DNA of 64,000 nucleotides from Eledone cirrhosa (Eukaryota): positions 6,448,001-6,512,000 of the forward strand of contig OZ024740.1 of NCBI GenBank assembly GCA_964016885.1, in the 5' to 3' direction. A model generated the notes under the pieces. That model was not told the origin of the DNA and searched no databases. It worked only from the letters and a program-made list of their open reading frames with translations. Shown piece after piece: positions 27,878 to 38,959 of the stretch. A program made the position numbers and the translations under genes. How positions within the stretch are numbered: the stretch's first letter is position 1; each line of letters starts with the position of its first letter.

Positions 27878-29545
27878 AATAATAATAATTATAATAATGA
27901 AAATGATTGTGTACAGTGCTCAGGTGCACTACAACTCAGGTGCTTGTATAGTTCATAGAATAATGTACAAATGTCAGGAAAGTGAACAGTGTATGAGTCA
28001 TGATATACACACAGATACATGTGTGCGTGTGTATGGAGGGGAGATATCAGGTGTAGTGTTGGCAAATCTCAGGAAGCATGGAGGTTTTAAAGAATGCAGT
28101 GTCTCGACAGCTAACAACTGATGTAGGTAGGTTGTTCCATGGAAGTTTTAAAGGATGTAGTGTCTCAACAGCTAACAACTGATGGAGGTAGTTTGTTCCA
28201 TGGAGGTTTTAAAGGATGCAGTGTCTCAACAGCTAACAACTGATGGAGGTAGTTTGTTCCATGGAGGTTTTAAAGGATGCAGTGTCTCAACAGCTAACAA
28301 CTGATGTAGGTAGGTTGTTCCATGGAAGTTTTAAAGGATGTAGTGTCTCGACAGCTAACAACTGATGTAGGTAGTGTGTTCCATGGAGGTTTTAAAGGAT
28401 GCAGTGTCTCAACAGCTAACAACTGATGCAGGTAGTTTGTTCCATGGAGGTTTTAAAGGATGCAGTGTCTTGACAGCTAACAACTGATGCAGGTAGTTTG
28501 TTCCATGGAAGTTTTAAAGGATGCAGTGTTTCGACAGCTAATAACTGATGCAGGTAGTTTGTTCCATGGAGGTTTTAAAGGATGCAGTGTCTCAACAGCT
28601 AACAACTGATGCAGGTAGTTTGTTCCATGGAGGTTTTAAAGGATGCAGTGTCTCAACAGCTAACAACTGATGCAGGTATTTTGTTCCATGGAGGTTTTAA
28701 AGGATGCAGTGTCTCAACAGCTAACAACTGATGCAGGTATTTTGTTCCATGGAGGTTTTAAAGGATGCAGTGTCTCAACAGCTAACAACTGATGCAGGCA
28801 TTTTGTTCCATGGAGGTTTTAAAGGATGCAGTGTCTCAACAGCTAACAACTGATGCAGGCATTTTGTTCCATGGAGGTTTTAAAGGATGCAGTGTCTCAA
28901 CAGCTAACAACTGATGCAGGTATTTTGTTCCATGGAGGTTTTAAAGGATGCAGTGTCTCGACAGCTAACAACTGATGCAGGTAGTTTGTTCCATGGAAGT
29001 TTTAAAGGATGCAGTGTTTCGACAGCTAATAACTGATGCAGGTAGTTTGTTCCATGGAGGTTTTAAAGGATGCAGTGTCTCAACAGCTAACAACTGATGC
29101 AGGTATTTTGTTCCATGGAGGTTATAAAGGATGCAGTGTCTCAACAGCTAACAACTGATGCAGGTATTTTGTTCCATGGAGGTTTTAAAGGATGCAGTGT
29201 CTCAACAGCTAACAACTGATGCAGGTAGTTTGTTCCATGCTTCAGCAACTCTGAGCGTGAACACATTTTCCGGAAGTCATGGGAGGTGTACTGTTTTTTT
29301 TGATTTTGTAAGCATGTCCACATGTGTTAGACACATGGAAATCAAAAAGGTACTCAGGGTTGTTGTTGGAAAGATTGTTAATCATTTTGTGTCTACCAAG
29401 TCAGTTGCCAGACGTTGGAGCTTCAATGAATCCATGCCCAGGGAAGCAAGGCGTTCAGAGTATGGAAGATGCCTGACAGAGGGTATTTGCTTGGCTGCAC
29501 GTGTCTGAACAGTTTCCAGAAGGTCAATGTTCTGAGCAAGATATG
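27878..29545 (-). mobile_element. CR1-like LINE 3' end (ORF2 C-terminus, 3'UTR, (ATT)n tail) containing an internal tandem array
   Basis: Minus strand reads ...AAKQIPSVRHLPYSERLASLGMDSLKLQRL..., ...RVAEAWNKLPASVVSC; homologous to 62997-63507(+). Confidence 0.88.
28077..29239. repeat. 61-bp minisatellite, 19 copies, inside CR1-like ORF2 end
   Basis: Unit catggaggttttaaaggatgcagtgtctcaacagctaacaactgatgcaggtagtttgttc; catg at 28077 and 29236 are 1159 bp = 19x61 apart. Confidence 0.96.
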
Positions 29546-29864
29546 ATTTGAAGAGGATTTGGCTGCTATGTTTAGCATATCGATCGATCCTGAAGAGAAA
29601 TCATCATTATCTGGGTCTCATTTGGTGTATATGTATTAAGTGTGGATGGAAGGGTGGAGGGTCATGTACTTTTGCTGCATCACTTTATTGTCAAAGATTA
29701 TTTTGAAGAGAGAAAAAAAAAAAGGAACACTCAACAACGATTCTTAGTGAGAGGGGGAGGGAGTATTAAATATTTTCTTTCTTCTCAAAGTCTGCAACAA
29801 AATTAAATAAATTACAAATACAAACAGGAACGACAGACAATAAGAAATATCCTCTCCCCCAAAC

Positions 29865-30225
29865 CACACACACACAGATACCCACTCACACACACAGATA
29901 CCCACTCACACACACAGATACCCACTCACACACTCACAGACACACACACACACACAGATACCCACTCACACACTCACAGACACACTCACACACAGATACC
30001 CACTCACACACACTCAAAGACACACATTCACACACAGACCCACTCATAGACAAAGACACAAAGACACACAGATACCCACTCACAGACACACACACAGACC
30101 CACTCACACAGACAGACAGACATACAGACACAGACACAGACACACATACACACATACACAGACACACAGACACACAGACAGACACACAGACAGACACACA
30201 GACAGACACACAGACACACAGACAC

Positions 30226-30256
<31 letters not shown>

Positions 30257-30257
30257 C
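29865..30257. repeat. Compound CA/CAGA-rich repeat with a 20-bp subunit (cccactcacacacacagata)
   Basis: Direct reading. Confidence 0.9.
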
Positions 30258-30410
30258 CTCTTCTCACAAAGAACCTCCCTCCACCCCACCAAACAACCCC
30301 CTCATCCTCCCAATATTCTTCTGAAGAATTTCAACTTAATTAAATTTCGCATCATGGAGTTGTTTTTTTATAGATTTTTGCCTCTTTTATTTTTAATTTT
30401 ATTTTTATTT

Positions 30411-31100
30411 TGGCGGTGGTGGGGCTGGTGGTGTTGGTGTTGGTGGTGTTGGTGGTGTGGTGGAGGTGGTGGTGTGGTGTTGGTGTGGTGGTGTGGTAGA
30501 GGTGGTGGTGGTGGTTGTGGTGGTGTGGTGGAGGTGGTGGTGTGGTAGAGGTGGTGGTGGTGGTTGTGGTGGTGTGGTGGTGTTGGTGGTGGTGGTGGTG
30601 GTGGTGGTGGTGGTGGTGGTGTGGTGGTGTTGGTGTTGGTGGTGGTGGTGGTGGTGTGGTGGAGGTGGTGGTGTGGTGTTGGTGTGGTGGTGTGGTAGAG
30701 GTGGTGGTGGTGGTTCTGGTGGTGTGGTGGAGGTGGTGGTGTGGTAGAGGTGGTGGTGGTGGTTGTGGTGGTGTGGTGGTGTTGGTGGTGTGGTAGAGGT
30801 GGTGGTGGTGGTTGTGGTGGTGGTGTGGTGGTGGTGGTGTTGGTGCGGTGGTGTGGTAGAGGTGGTGGTGGTGGTTGTGGTGGTGTGGTGGAGGTGGTGG
30901 TGTGGTAGAGGTGGTGGTGGTGGTTGTGGTGGTGTGGTGGTGTTGGTGGTGGTGGTGTGGTGGTGGTGGTGTTGGTGTGGTGGTGTGGTAGAGGTGGTGG
31001 TGGTGGTTGTGGTGGTGTGGTGGAGGTGGTGGTGGTGGTGGTGGTGGTGTGGTGGAGGTGGTAGTGGTGGTGTGGTGCTGGTGGTAGTGTGGTGGAGGTG
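30411..31100. repeat. (GGT)n-based low-complexity repeat with recurring gtggtagaggtggtggtggtggttgtgg blocks
   Basis: Direct reading. Confidence 0.92.
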
Positions 31101-31139
31101 TTCTTGTATGAAGAGAGGGACCTGGAGAAATAAATAATT

Positions 31140-31326
31140 GTTTCTACTTTTTGACACAAGGCCAGCAATTACCCAGTGTATTACTGGTACTTTAATTTAT
31201 CGAAGCCGTAAGGATGAAAGGCAAAGTTAACCTCGGCGGGATTTGAACACAGAATGGCAAGGGCCGTAACTCTATGCATCAAAGCATGGCGTCCGACCCT
31301 TTACCGATACTGCCAATCCAACACCA
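31140..31326 (-). mobile_element. Near full-length tRNA-derived SINE
   Basis: Minus strand: A-box-like tggcagtatcgg, B-box gttcaaatcc, body gaggttaactttgcctttcatccttacgg..cgataaattaaagtaccag, tail gctggccttgtgtcaaaaagtagaaa; other copies at 55680 and 63514. Confidence 0.85.
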
Positions 31327-31422
31327 TCAAGAAATAAATAATGTAGACAAACAGACCACTGACAGACTGATATCGAGTCATACACACATATATACAAATA
31401 TATATATGCATGTATGTGTGTA

Positions 31423-31461
<39 letters not shown>

Positions 31462-31496
31462 GTGTATGTATCAGTAATGACGGTAATATATATATA

Positions 31497-32738
31497 TATG
31501 GTAGAACTAGAGAATAAATTCCAAACTTGGAAGCAGGGACTAGAAAGAAAGGGTCTCAAAGTCAACATGACAAAGACTAAGGTCCTTGTAAGTAGACGAG
31601 AAAACAGAACCCAGATCCCCTCAGGGAAATGGCCTTGCTCAGTATGTAGGAAAGGTGTAGGTAGGAACTCCATTCTCTGCCCCAAATGCAAACAATGGGT
31701 ACACAAGAGATGTAGCGGGATCTCAGGAAGCTTAATTAAGAATGTAGGCTTCACATGCAGCAGCTGTACTGGGACAGCAAGCAGCAAACAGCCACAGGAA
31801 ACAAGTACCACCAATCTCTGGGAGGGCCCTGTAGAAACAGTAGACAACTTCTGCTACCTAGGTGACCGAATTAGCAGCGGAGGTGGGTGTTCACAAAGTA
31901 CAATAACTAGGGTAAGAAAGGGGGGGAAGAAGTTCAGGGAACTACTGCCACTGCTAGCTGCAAAAGGCTTCTCTCTCAAAATGAAAGGCAGACTGTATGA
32001 TGCGTGTATCCGAACAACAATGTTGCATGGTAGTGAGACCTGGGCACTGAAAGTGGAAGACTTACGTAGATTAGAGAGAAACGAAGCCTGCATGCTCCGA
32101 TGGATGTGTAACAGTAATATACGCGACCGACAAAGCATAAATGAATTGAGAGAGAGACTGAGCATAAGAGGAATCAAATGCTGCGTGCAGGAGAGGCAGT
32201 TGTGTTGGTATGGACATGTGATGTGTATGAAGGATGACAGCTGCATAAAAAGGTGCAGAGCACTAGAAGTCGATGGAAACCGCGGAGTGGGGAGACCCAA
32301 GATGACCAGGGATGAGGTGATAAAAGCCGACCTTACCCAATTACACCTCTCAAAGGCGATGACACACGACCGTGACCTTTGGCATCACGCAGTAATACAG
32401 AGTACCCTACCTCCCATGGGTACAAGCTGAAGCATATAGACAATATACCCCCCCCTCGCCCTCCCACTGCAAGGTGGTCGTGGAGGTGCCACGGCAAAAA
32501 AGCACCCAGCCCACACTGTAAAGTGGACGTGTAGGTGTCATGGAAAAAAAGCACCCAGCACTCACTGTAAATGAGGTTGGTGTTAGGAAGGGCATCCAGC
32601 TGTAGAAATCAAGCCAAATCAGTTCCTGTATGAGCAAGGCATGGTCAGCCGACCAGACACTGCCCACAACAGGACAACCCGTCTAACCCATGCTAGCGTG
32701 GAAGAACGGACGTAAAACGGTGATGATGATGATGATGA
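31497..32738 (+). mobile_element. RTE-clade LINE, 5'-truncated, with PHD-like finger, 3'UTR and (GAT)n tail
   Basis: ORF 31414-32430: GLKVNMTKTKVL, WPCSVCRKGVGRNSILCPKCKQWVHKRC, FCYLGD, MLHGSETW, WYGHV, GRPK. Confidence 0.93.
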
Positions 32739-32939
32739 TATGTGTGTGTGTGTGTAAGTGAGTAGCGTGTGTATGTTTGTTTGTATGTATGAGTGTTGCT
32801 GTGTGCGCGCGTATGTATGTGTGTGTGTGCGCGCATATGTATGCGCGTGTGTGTATGTCGTACGTATAAGTGTCAATAAGTGAGTTTTTTTCTTCTTTTT
32901 TTTTTGGGGGGGGGGGGGACATAGAAATAATCGAGCTGG

Positions 32940-33200
32940 ATGCCCGATCGTACAGTTAAACCACTGGGAGTGAAGAACCCCTAGGCCTTGTCAGGGCATT
33001 CTTCTAGGAGAAGGCATCTCAGGAAATTGGGTTAACTCCGACATAAAACCTGCGGCTCAGTAGTTAACGATGATGTTGATCTTTTCTTCTTTTCGGGTTA
33101 TAGCTACTGTCGCTCAGAGACTGGGATTGGCTCAGTGCACAGTCCTTCCTCACTTTAAAACTATTCGTCACGCACAGGCATTGCACGAGTGCATTTGATA
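32940..33200 (+). mobile_element. Dispersed repeat, probably an RTE 5'UTR-derived fragment
   Basis: Homologous to 41420-41535 and 41830-41985 (ctaggagaagg..aactc.gacataaaacctg..gatgttga.ct.ttcttct; cagaga..gagattgg.tcagtg..cttc.cacttaaaa..gcacag). Assignment to an RTE 5'UTR is from recollection only. Confidence 0.45.
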
Positions 33201-33299
33201 AAAGTTTAGAAGAAGTGACCCACCTAATACAGGGGTTCACTCGTAAATAATACGGCACCCCTTTACGGGGTGTCGTATTCGTATTCGAATTTGTGTAAA

Positions 33300-36200
33300 A
33301 ATAATTTTTTGAAAAATTTCAACATGGATAACACAAGAAAGAGAGAGAGCGCTGTCAGACAACACAGAGAGAGGGATACTTTATCAGCATGTCTACAAGA
33401 CAGTGTTCCAGCGGAGGTAAATATAAACGAAAATATTACAAAGGAAAAAAAGATTTGTTACAGATTTAAAATTAACAAATATTTCTAACACAAACAACAC
33501 CAACAATAACACCAACAACAACACCATCAATAACAACAGCAACAACAAAAACAACAGCGGTAAAGTCGAGAACGACAATAACAAAAATAACAGCGGTAAG
33601 GTCGAGAACGACAATAACAATGACAATAACAACAGCCACAACAATAATAGTAGGAACAGTATCAACAAAAACAACAATAATAACAACAGCCACAATAATA
33701 GTAACAACAGCAACAGTATCAACGAAAACAACAACAACAACAACAACAACTGTACCAACGAAAACAACAACAATGACACCGATACCTGTAATAGCGATCT
33801 CAGCACCACTAGTAAGACCAGGAGCGGCAGCAATAGTGGTGCTGCTGAAAAAGGGACGACTTCTTTTGCAGGTGTCGCCAGAAATATCGAGACAGTGTTA
33901 GTCACAGAGGAGGAGATGGCAGTCGCAAGGGCCATGGTGACAAGAAGCGCAAATAGAGTCTCCCTGAAACCTCCACCCGATTTTTTCAAGGACCAGCAGC
34001 TACGGATGGTGACTTAACGCACCGTAAGCAAAATCTCACATCGGTTGGAGAGAGCCACAGAGGCTCAAATCCAAAAGGCCTTGGGGTGCGTCTGGGCACG
34101 CAAAACCCACATCACCCGAGGCAGAAAGTATGCCACAGTAGACGTACTTTTCGCCACCCACAAGAAGCAAAGTCTCACTCTTTGGAAACCCTAAAGAGTG
34201 AGGAGATAGTCTTGGTGCCCTCCTACTGCGGGCAGAAAATTGTGAGGGTCAAAGTGACCCAGGTCCCACCCGACATGCCCATACCTTGGCTGGCCTTGGC
34301 ATACCATCTGTCCTTGCTGGAATCGAGAACAGGACGCCCATGCTGCAAGTAGAAAAAATAGGGAGAGAGAACTGGTCAGGTATAGGCATGCAAATGGTTA
34401 TACAAACTGACCAGGAATGTATCGACGCTATCCCCGATATCATAGACATCGAGGAAGGACTCCAACTCCCTATAAGTGTAGAAGGAAGACGGCCAAAATG
34501 TTATCTCTGTGGGTTGAAGGGTCACCTCAGGGCCTTTTGCCTGCAGAAGACAGAGAAGAAGGCCCCTCTCCTTCCAATACCTGGTCCGCTGCTACCAAGA
34601 GCAGGGCAGGCAACAAACGAAGAAGCCCTTCCACGGTGAGTAGGAGGGAAACGTCCGTAACACCCGTACCAAGGCCATGGACAACTAAAGCAGCATCATC
34701 AGTGGCGGCAACACCAATAGCTACATTTGAAGTAGCTACACCAGCAACAAAATTGCCGAAGAGGGCTCCACTACCACCACCAACAGCCGTGGAGCACATA
34801 CCCCTCCCAGACGCCACAGAATCCGACATGGAGTTTGAGGCGGTAGTGAAGTGGCAAACGGTCTGCCACAAAAAAGAAAAAAGAAAAAACCCTTAGATTC
34901 ACCCCCCCAAAAGCGAAGGCATACAAAGAGGGGTAAAGGCAACAGGGAAACTTGCAGCAACACCACCACCATCACCACTACAAACACCACTGACAACAAC
35001 AACCACACCACCACCAGCATCACCCAAAACACCAACAACGCAAACACAACAAGACACACACACCAAACAGCAACAAGAAGAAAACAGCAACAAAATCACC
35101 CTCCCTCCAAAAAGTACACAGCCATAAACATGGCAAAAAAAAGAACTCATACAATATATAAAGCAGCACACAGACATCACAGAAAAAAACTATTACACCC
35201 CACCAACACCAAGAACTCTCCCGACAAACATAAGCATCATCGAAATCTCAATAGAACAGTACAAACCTTTAAAACAAAAATTCCCCAACGCAGTTGGAGA
35301 CTTCAGAGGGTCGGTTACCAAGAGGATATACACTGACATCCTCTTGGAAACACCCATGACTAGCGAAAGGGACGGTTCTACTGTCCCTTCACCACACGAA
35401 CAAGGTAAGTGACCCTTTCTCACTTGCCCCGTTTCTCATCCAACAGGGCCGTACTCAGAATAGGCAGCATAAATGCACGTGGCCTCGGGTCATCTTGGAA
35501 GCAGGGTCACCTGCTCAAAGACCTCAGGTCACTAAACATAGATGTGGTGGCCATCAGTGAAACCAGAATCTCTGAAGCACAAGCCTTCGCACCGATCTTC
35601 GGCGGCTACGATGTTTACGCATCTCCCAGCCGTCCAGGATCGGGGGGAGGGGTTGCCGTCCTTTTTCGGAGAGGCTTGGATCTCGCGATACGGGCCATCT
35701 TCTTAGACCCAGAAGGTAAGTCGGTGGTGCTGGACGTGACCAGCAGTGAAGGCAATGCTTTCAGGCTAGTAGCCGTCTACGCCCCAACAGGGGCAGGACG
35801 GCCAGATTTCTTCAGACGTCTAGAGACCTTTCTTGGAACGTCCCGCTCTTTAGTGTTAGTGGGCGACTGGAACGGTATCTTGGATGCACGCTGGGATCGT
35901 GTGGGGCTAGTGGATAGGGGAGGAGGGTGCAAGAGCCTCACCAACCTGCTCAGACGTTTTGAATTGTCTGACAGGTATCGACTGGATCACCCGAATGTGC
36001 CAATGTGGACATGGACAAACCGCATCGGGTCATCCAGATCGTATCTCGATAGGGTATTCTGCAGAGAACTAGATAAGGCTAGTATAAGTTGTCCACAATT
36101 TAAAATAGTTGACTACACAGACCACAAATTTGTGATCTGTGAGATCGACATACACAGACTTCATAGACAAGGGCCTGGTTACTGGAAGCTGAACACGTCT

Positions 36201-37457
36201 TTCCTGGCACGCAAAGCCTACAGAGACCGGATTAGTGTATTAGTTAAGCGGGCGTTGACAGGAGCGATCGTCAACAACAGGTGGTGGTTCGCATTGAAAA
36301 GGACAATTAAAGTAGAGTCGATTAGGTTTAGCAAAGGAGTAGTGATAGAGGAAAATAGAGTAGAGGGAGAGCTAGTCAGAAAGCTAGAAGAGGCGTTTAG
36401 GACAGGCATCGCAACCGACGTGCTTGCGGCGAGATTGGCACTCGACCAATTCTTCAACGCAAAACACAAAGGCTGCATTGTCAGAGCTAGGGCGCGTGCT
36501 CTGAAACACGAGGGGACAAAAGCTGTCCAATGGGCCCGGGTGGCAGAGGCGCGACGTGGCAACAAAGCCACAATTCAGTCTTTGTCTGACCAAAACGGGT
36601 CAGCAGCACTTTGCTGAACTGTTCGAGAGCGGCGGCGGCCCGGATCGGGGCATGGACTTCAGTGCATACCTCGACGGACTGCCTCGACGACCGCAGCACA
36701 GTGTTGCGAAAAGCCAATAACAGCCGCTGAAATACGGGAAGCGATGGCTAACTGCACAAGGGGTAAATCGCCAGGTTTGGATGGTCTTCCCTACGAGCTT
36801 TATGCATTTATGCCAGACTTGTTCGGTGACCTCTTGGCAGACGTCTACTGCAACTGGCAGCAGAACGGGAGCATTCCCAGTTTTGTGAGCCGGCGAGCAG
36901 TGGCGCTGCTGAGAAAAGACCCGAACAAGGGGGATGTTATCGATAATTTCAGGCCCATAACCCTGCTAAACGCAGAGTTAAAGATTTTGGCCAAAGTGTT
37001 AGCAACGAGGTTGGCGCTTGTCGTCAAGGGTCTGGTGGGAGAGGCGCAGACATGCGCCATTCCTGACAGATCCATACACGACAACCTCCACCTCATGCGA
37101 TACATCATTGAGAGGGTGGTTAAGGAACATGGCAAGGGTGGGGCCCTGATCAACTTGGATCAATCCAAAGCATTCGATAGGGTCGACCATCGGTACCTGG
37201 CGGCGGTCCTCGAGGCAGCCGGTTTTTGGCCCGTTTTCAGGGGTTGGATCGCAACAATGTACAGCGACATCTGCTCAGTTGTGAGGGTGAATGATCACCT
37301 GTCGCAGCCGTTCAGCATCATGCGCTCACTCCGCCAGGCTTGTCCCCTCTCGTCCCTCTTGTACTTATTGGCTCTCGAGCCGTTACTGCACAAACTGGGG
37401 GCGATGAGGGGCGTCCCACGCGAACTAGGATGCGGGAAATCCGAGTCGGTTTACGCT
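33300..37457 (+). mobile_element. L1/Tx1-clade LINE, 3'-truncated: broken ORF1 (CCHC knuckle) plus ORF2 APE endonuclease and RT N-half
   Basis: ORF1 knuckle CYLCGLKGHLRAFC (34499-34540); APE motifs IGSINARGL, ISETR, GGVAVLF, VYAP, GDWN, YLDR, TDH, GYWKLN (35409-36617); RT motifs GKSPGLDGLP, FRPITLLN, KILAK, LDQSKAFDRVDH, RQACPLS (36744-37457). 5' boundary approximate. Confidence 0.9.
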
Positions 37458-37464
37458 TTCAACT

Positions 37465-38513
37465 TGCTTTCCACTTAGGATTAGGAAAGCAAGTGATGCT
37501 TTCGGAAAGCTAGAAAGGCGACTCTGGGATCGGTGAGACATATGCAGGAGTACAAAGGTAAAGGTGTACAAGGCATGTGTGCTCTCTTGTCTTCTTTATG
37601 CCTGCGAGACCTGGGTCACATATCGACACCACCTTAAGCAATTGGAGCGTTTCCATCAGATGTGTCTCAGACGGATCCATGGCGTTCACTGGAAGGACCA
37701 CATCAGTGATGTCGAGATTTTGGAAAGCTCTATGTGTGACAGTATAGAAGCTCTTGTGCTTAAGCAACGACTCCGTTGGAGTGGTCACCTTGCCAGGATG
37801 AAGGATTCTAGAATACCAAAACAACTCTTCTATGGAGAGTTGGTTAAAGGAAAACGACCGCCACATAAACCAAAAAAGAGGTATAAGGATTCCTTGAAAG
37901 CCTCTCTGAAAGACGCTAACATCTCTGCTGATACATGGGAAAATATTGCTGCTGATCGTAATAAATGGAGAAAGACTGTATATGAGGGAAAATTTACCTT
38001 TGAGGCATCTCGAATCGCACACAAGAAAGTAAAGCGGGATGTGAGGAAGGGCATTGCTGTTGCACTTCCAGACGGCGAGGGTCCTCCTATGGTGCTGACA
38101 TGCAGCGTCTGTGCGAGACTCTGCCTAAGTAAAGCTGGACTCGAAAGTCATCTTCGCAGTCATAAAGTAAGACCAGTGGTTGACTACCAGGCTGCTGTTG
38201 GAGATGCTACTCATCATGCTTGCCAAACATGTGGTAGAGAATGTAAATCAGCAGGAGGGCTCAAGCGACATGCAAAAGTACACAAACTCCAACCACAGCC
38301 GACTATTCCCAGTGAATGTTTTGGTTGCCAACTCTGTGCAAGACATTTTAGATCATTGGCTGGGCTAAAAAGCCACATTCGATCGCAGCGCTGTTAGTTG
38401 CTATCGTGTGTGTGTGTGTGTGTGTGTATAGATATGTTTATGTGTATGCGTGTGTGTGTGTATATATATGTATATGTATATTATTATTATTGTTGTTGTC
38501 GTTATTATTATTG

Positions 38514-38553
<40 letters not shown>

Positions 38554-38720
38554 ACATGTGTGTATATATATATATATGTGTGTGTATATATGTATATGTA
38601 TGTGTGTATATATATATTTTTATTATTTTTTTTTTTTTTATTTATTTATTAATATATATATATTTGTTTGTCCTCGTGCAATGGCCATACTCGATAACGA
38701 GGGGGCAGCCATCATTATCA
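37465..38720 (+). mobile_element. RTE-clade LINE 3' part with three C2H2-type zinc fingers; 3'UTR interrupted by microsatellites
   Basis: RIRKASDAFGKL, YKACVLSCLLYACETW, LRWSGHLARM, PKQLFYGEL; fingers CSVCARLCLSKAGLESHLRSH, CQTCGRECKSAGGLKRHAKVH, CQLCARHFRSLAGLKSHIRSQRC; 3' hairpin ctcgataacgag at ~38689. Confidence 0.9.
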
Positions 38721-38959
38721 TGTGTGTATGTATGTATGTTCATCTGGTTTTATAATTTCACAAAGTTTTACCAATAGAGAGAGAGTCGGTTTCTAACATA
38801 GACACAAGACTCTCTCATTGGAATTTACACATCAACTAGGTAGATATGTATGTATGCATGCATGTGTAGATATGGATGTTATTGTATGTGTGGATTTGGA
38901 TGTTTTGAGTTGTATGTGTGCATGTGTACATGCTTTGTATCTGTACATGTGTATATGCA

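Noticed and set aside
30354-31168. Pro/His/Thr- or Val/Trp/Gly-rich ORFs; also YI/CV-repeat ORFs in TA/TG tracts and poly-Met at 43074-43373
   Set aside because: Translations of simple sequence repeats.
33215-33285. Hairpins near the Tx1 5' end as a possible HDV-like ribozyme
   Set aside because: Hairpins exist (e.g. aatacggcacccc/ggggtgtcgtatt) but I could not build the nested double pseudoknot in the right order.
35405-35446. GTAAGT...CAG mini-intron at the Tx1 ORF1/ORF2 junction
   Set aside because: Only 42 nt, and splicing from the ORF1 frame leads to a stop rather than into ORF2.
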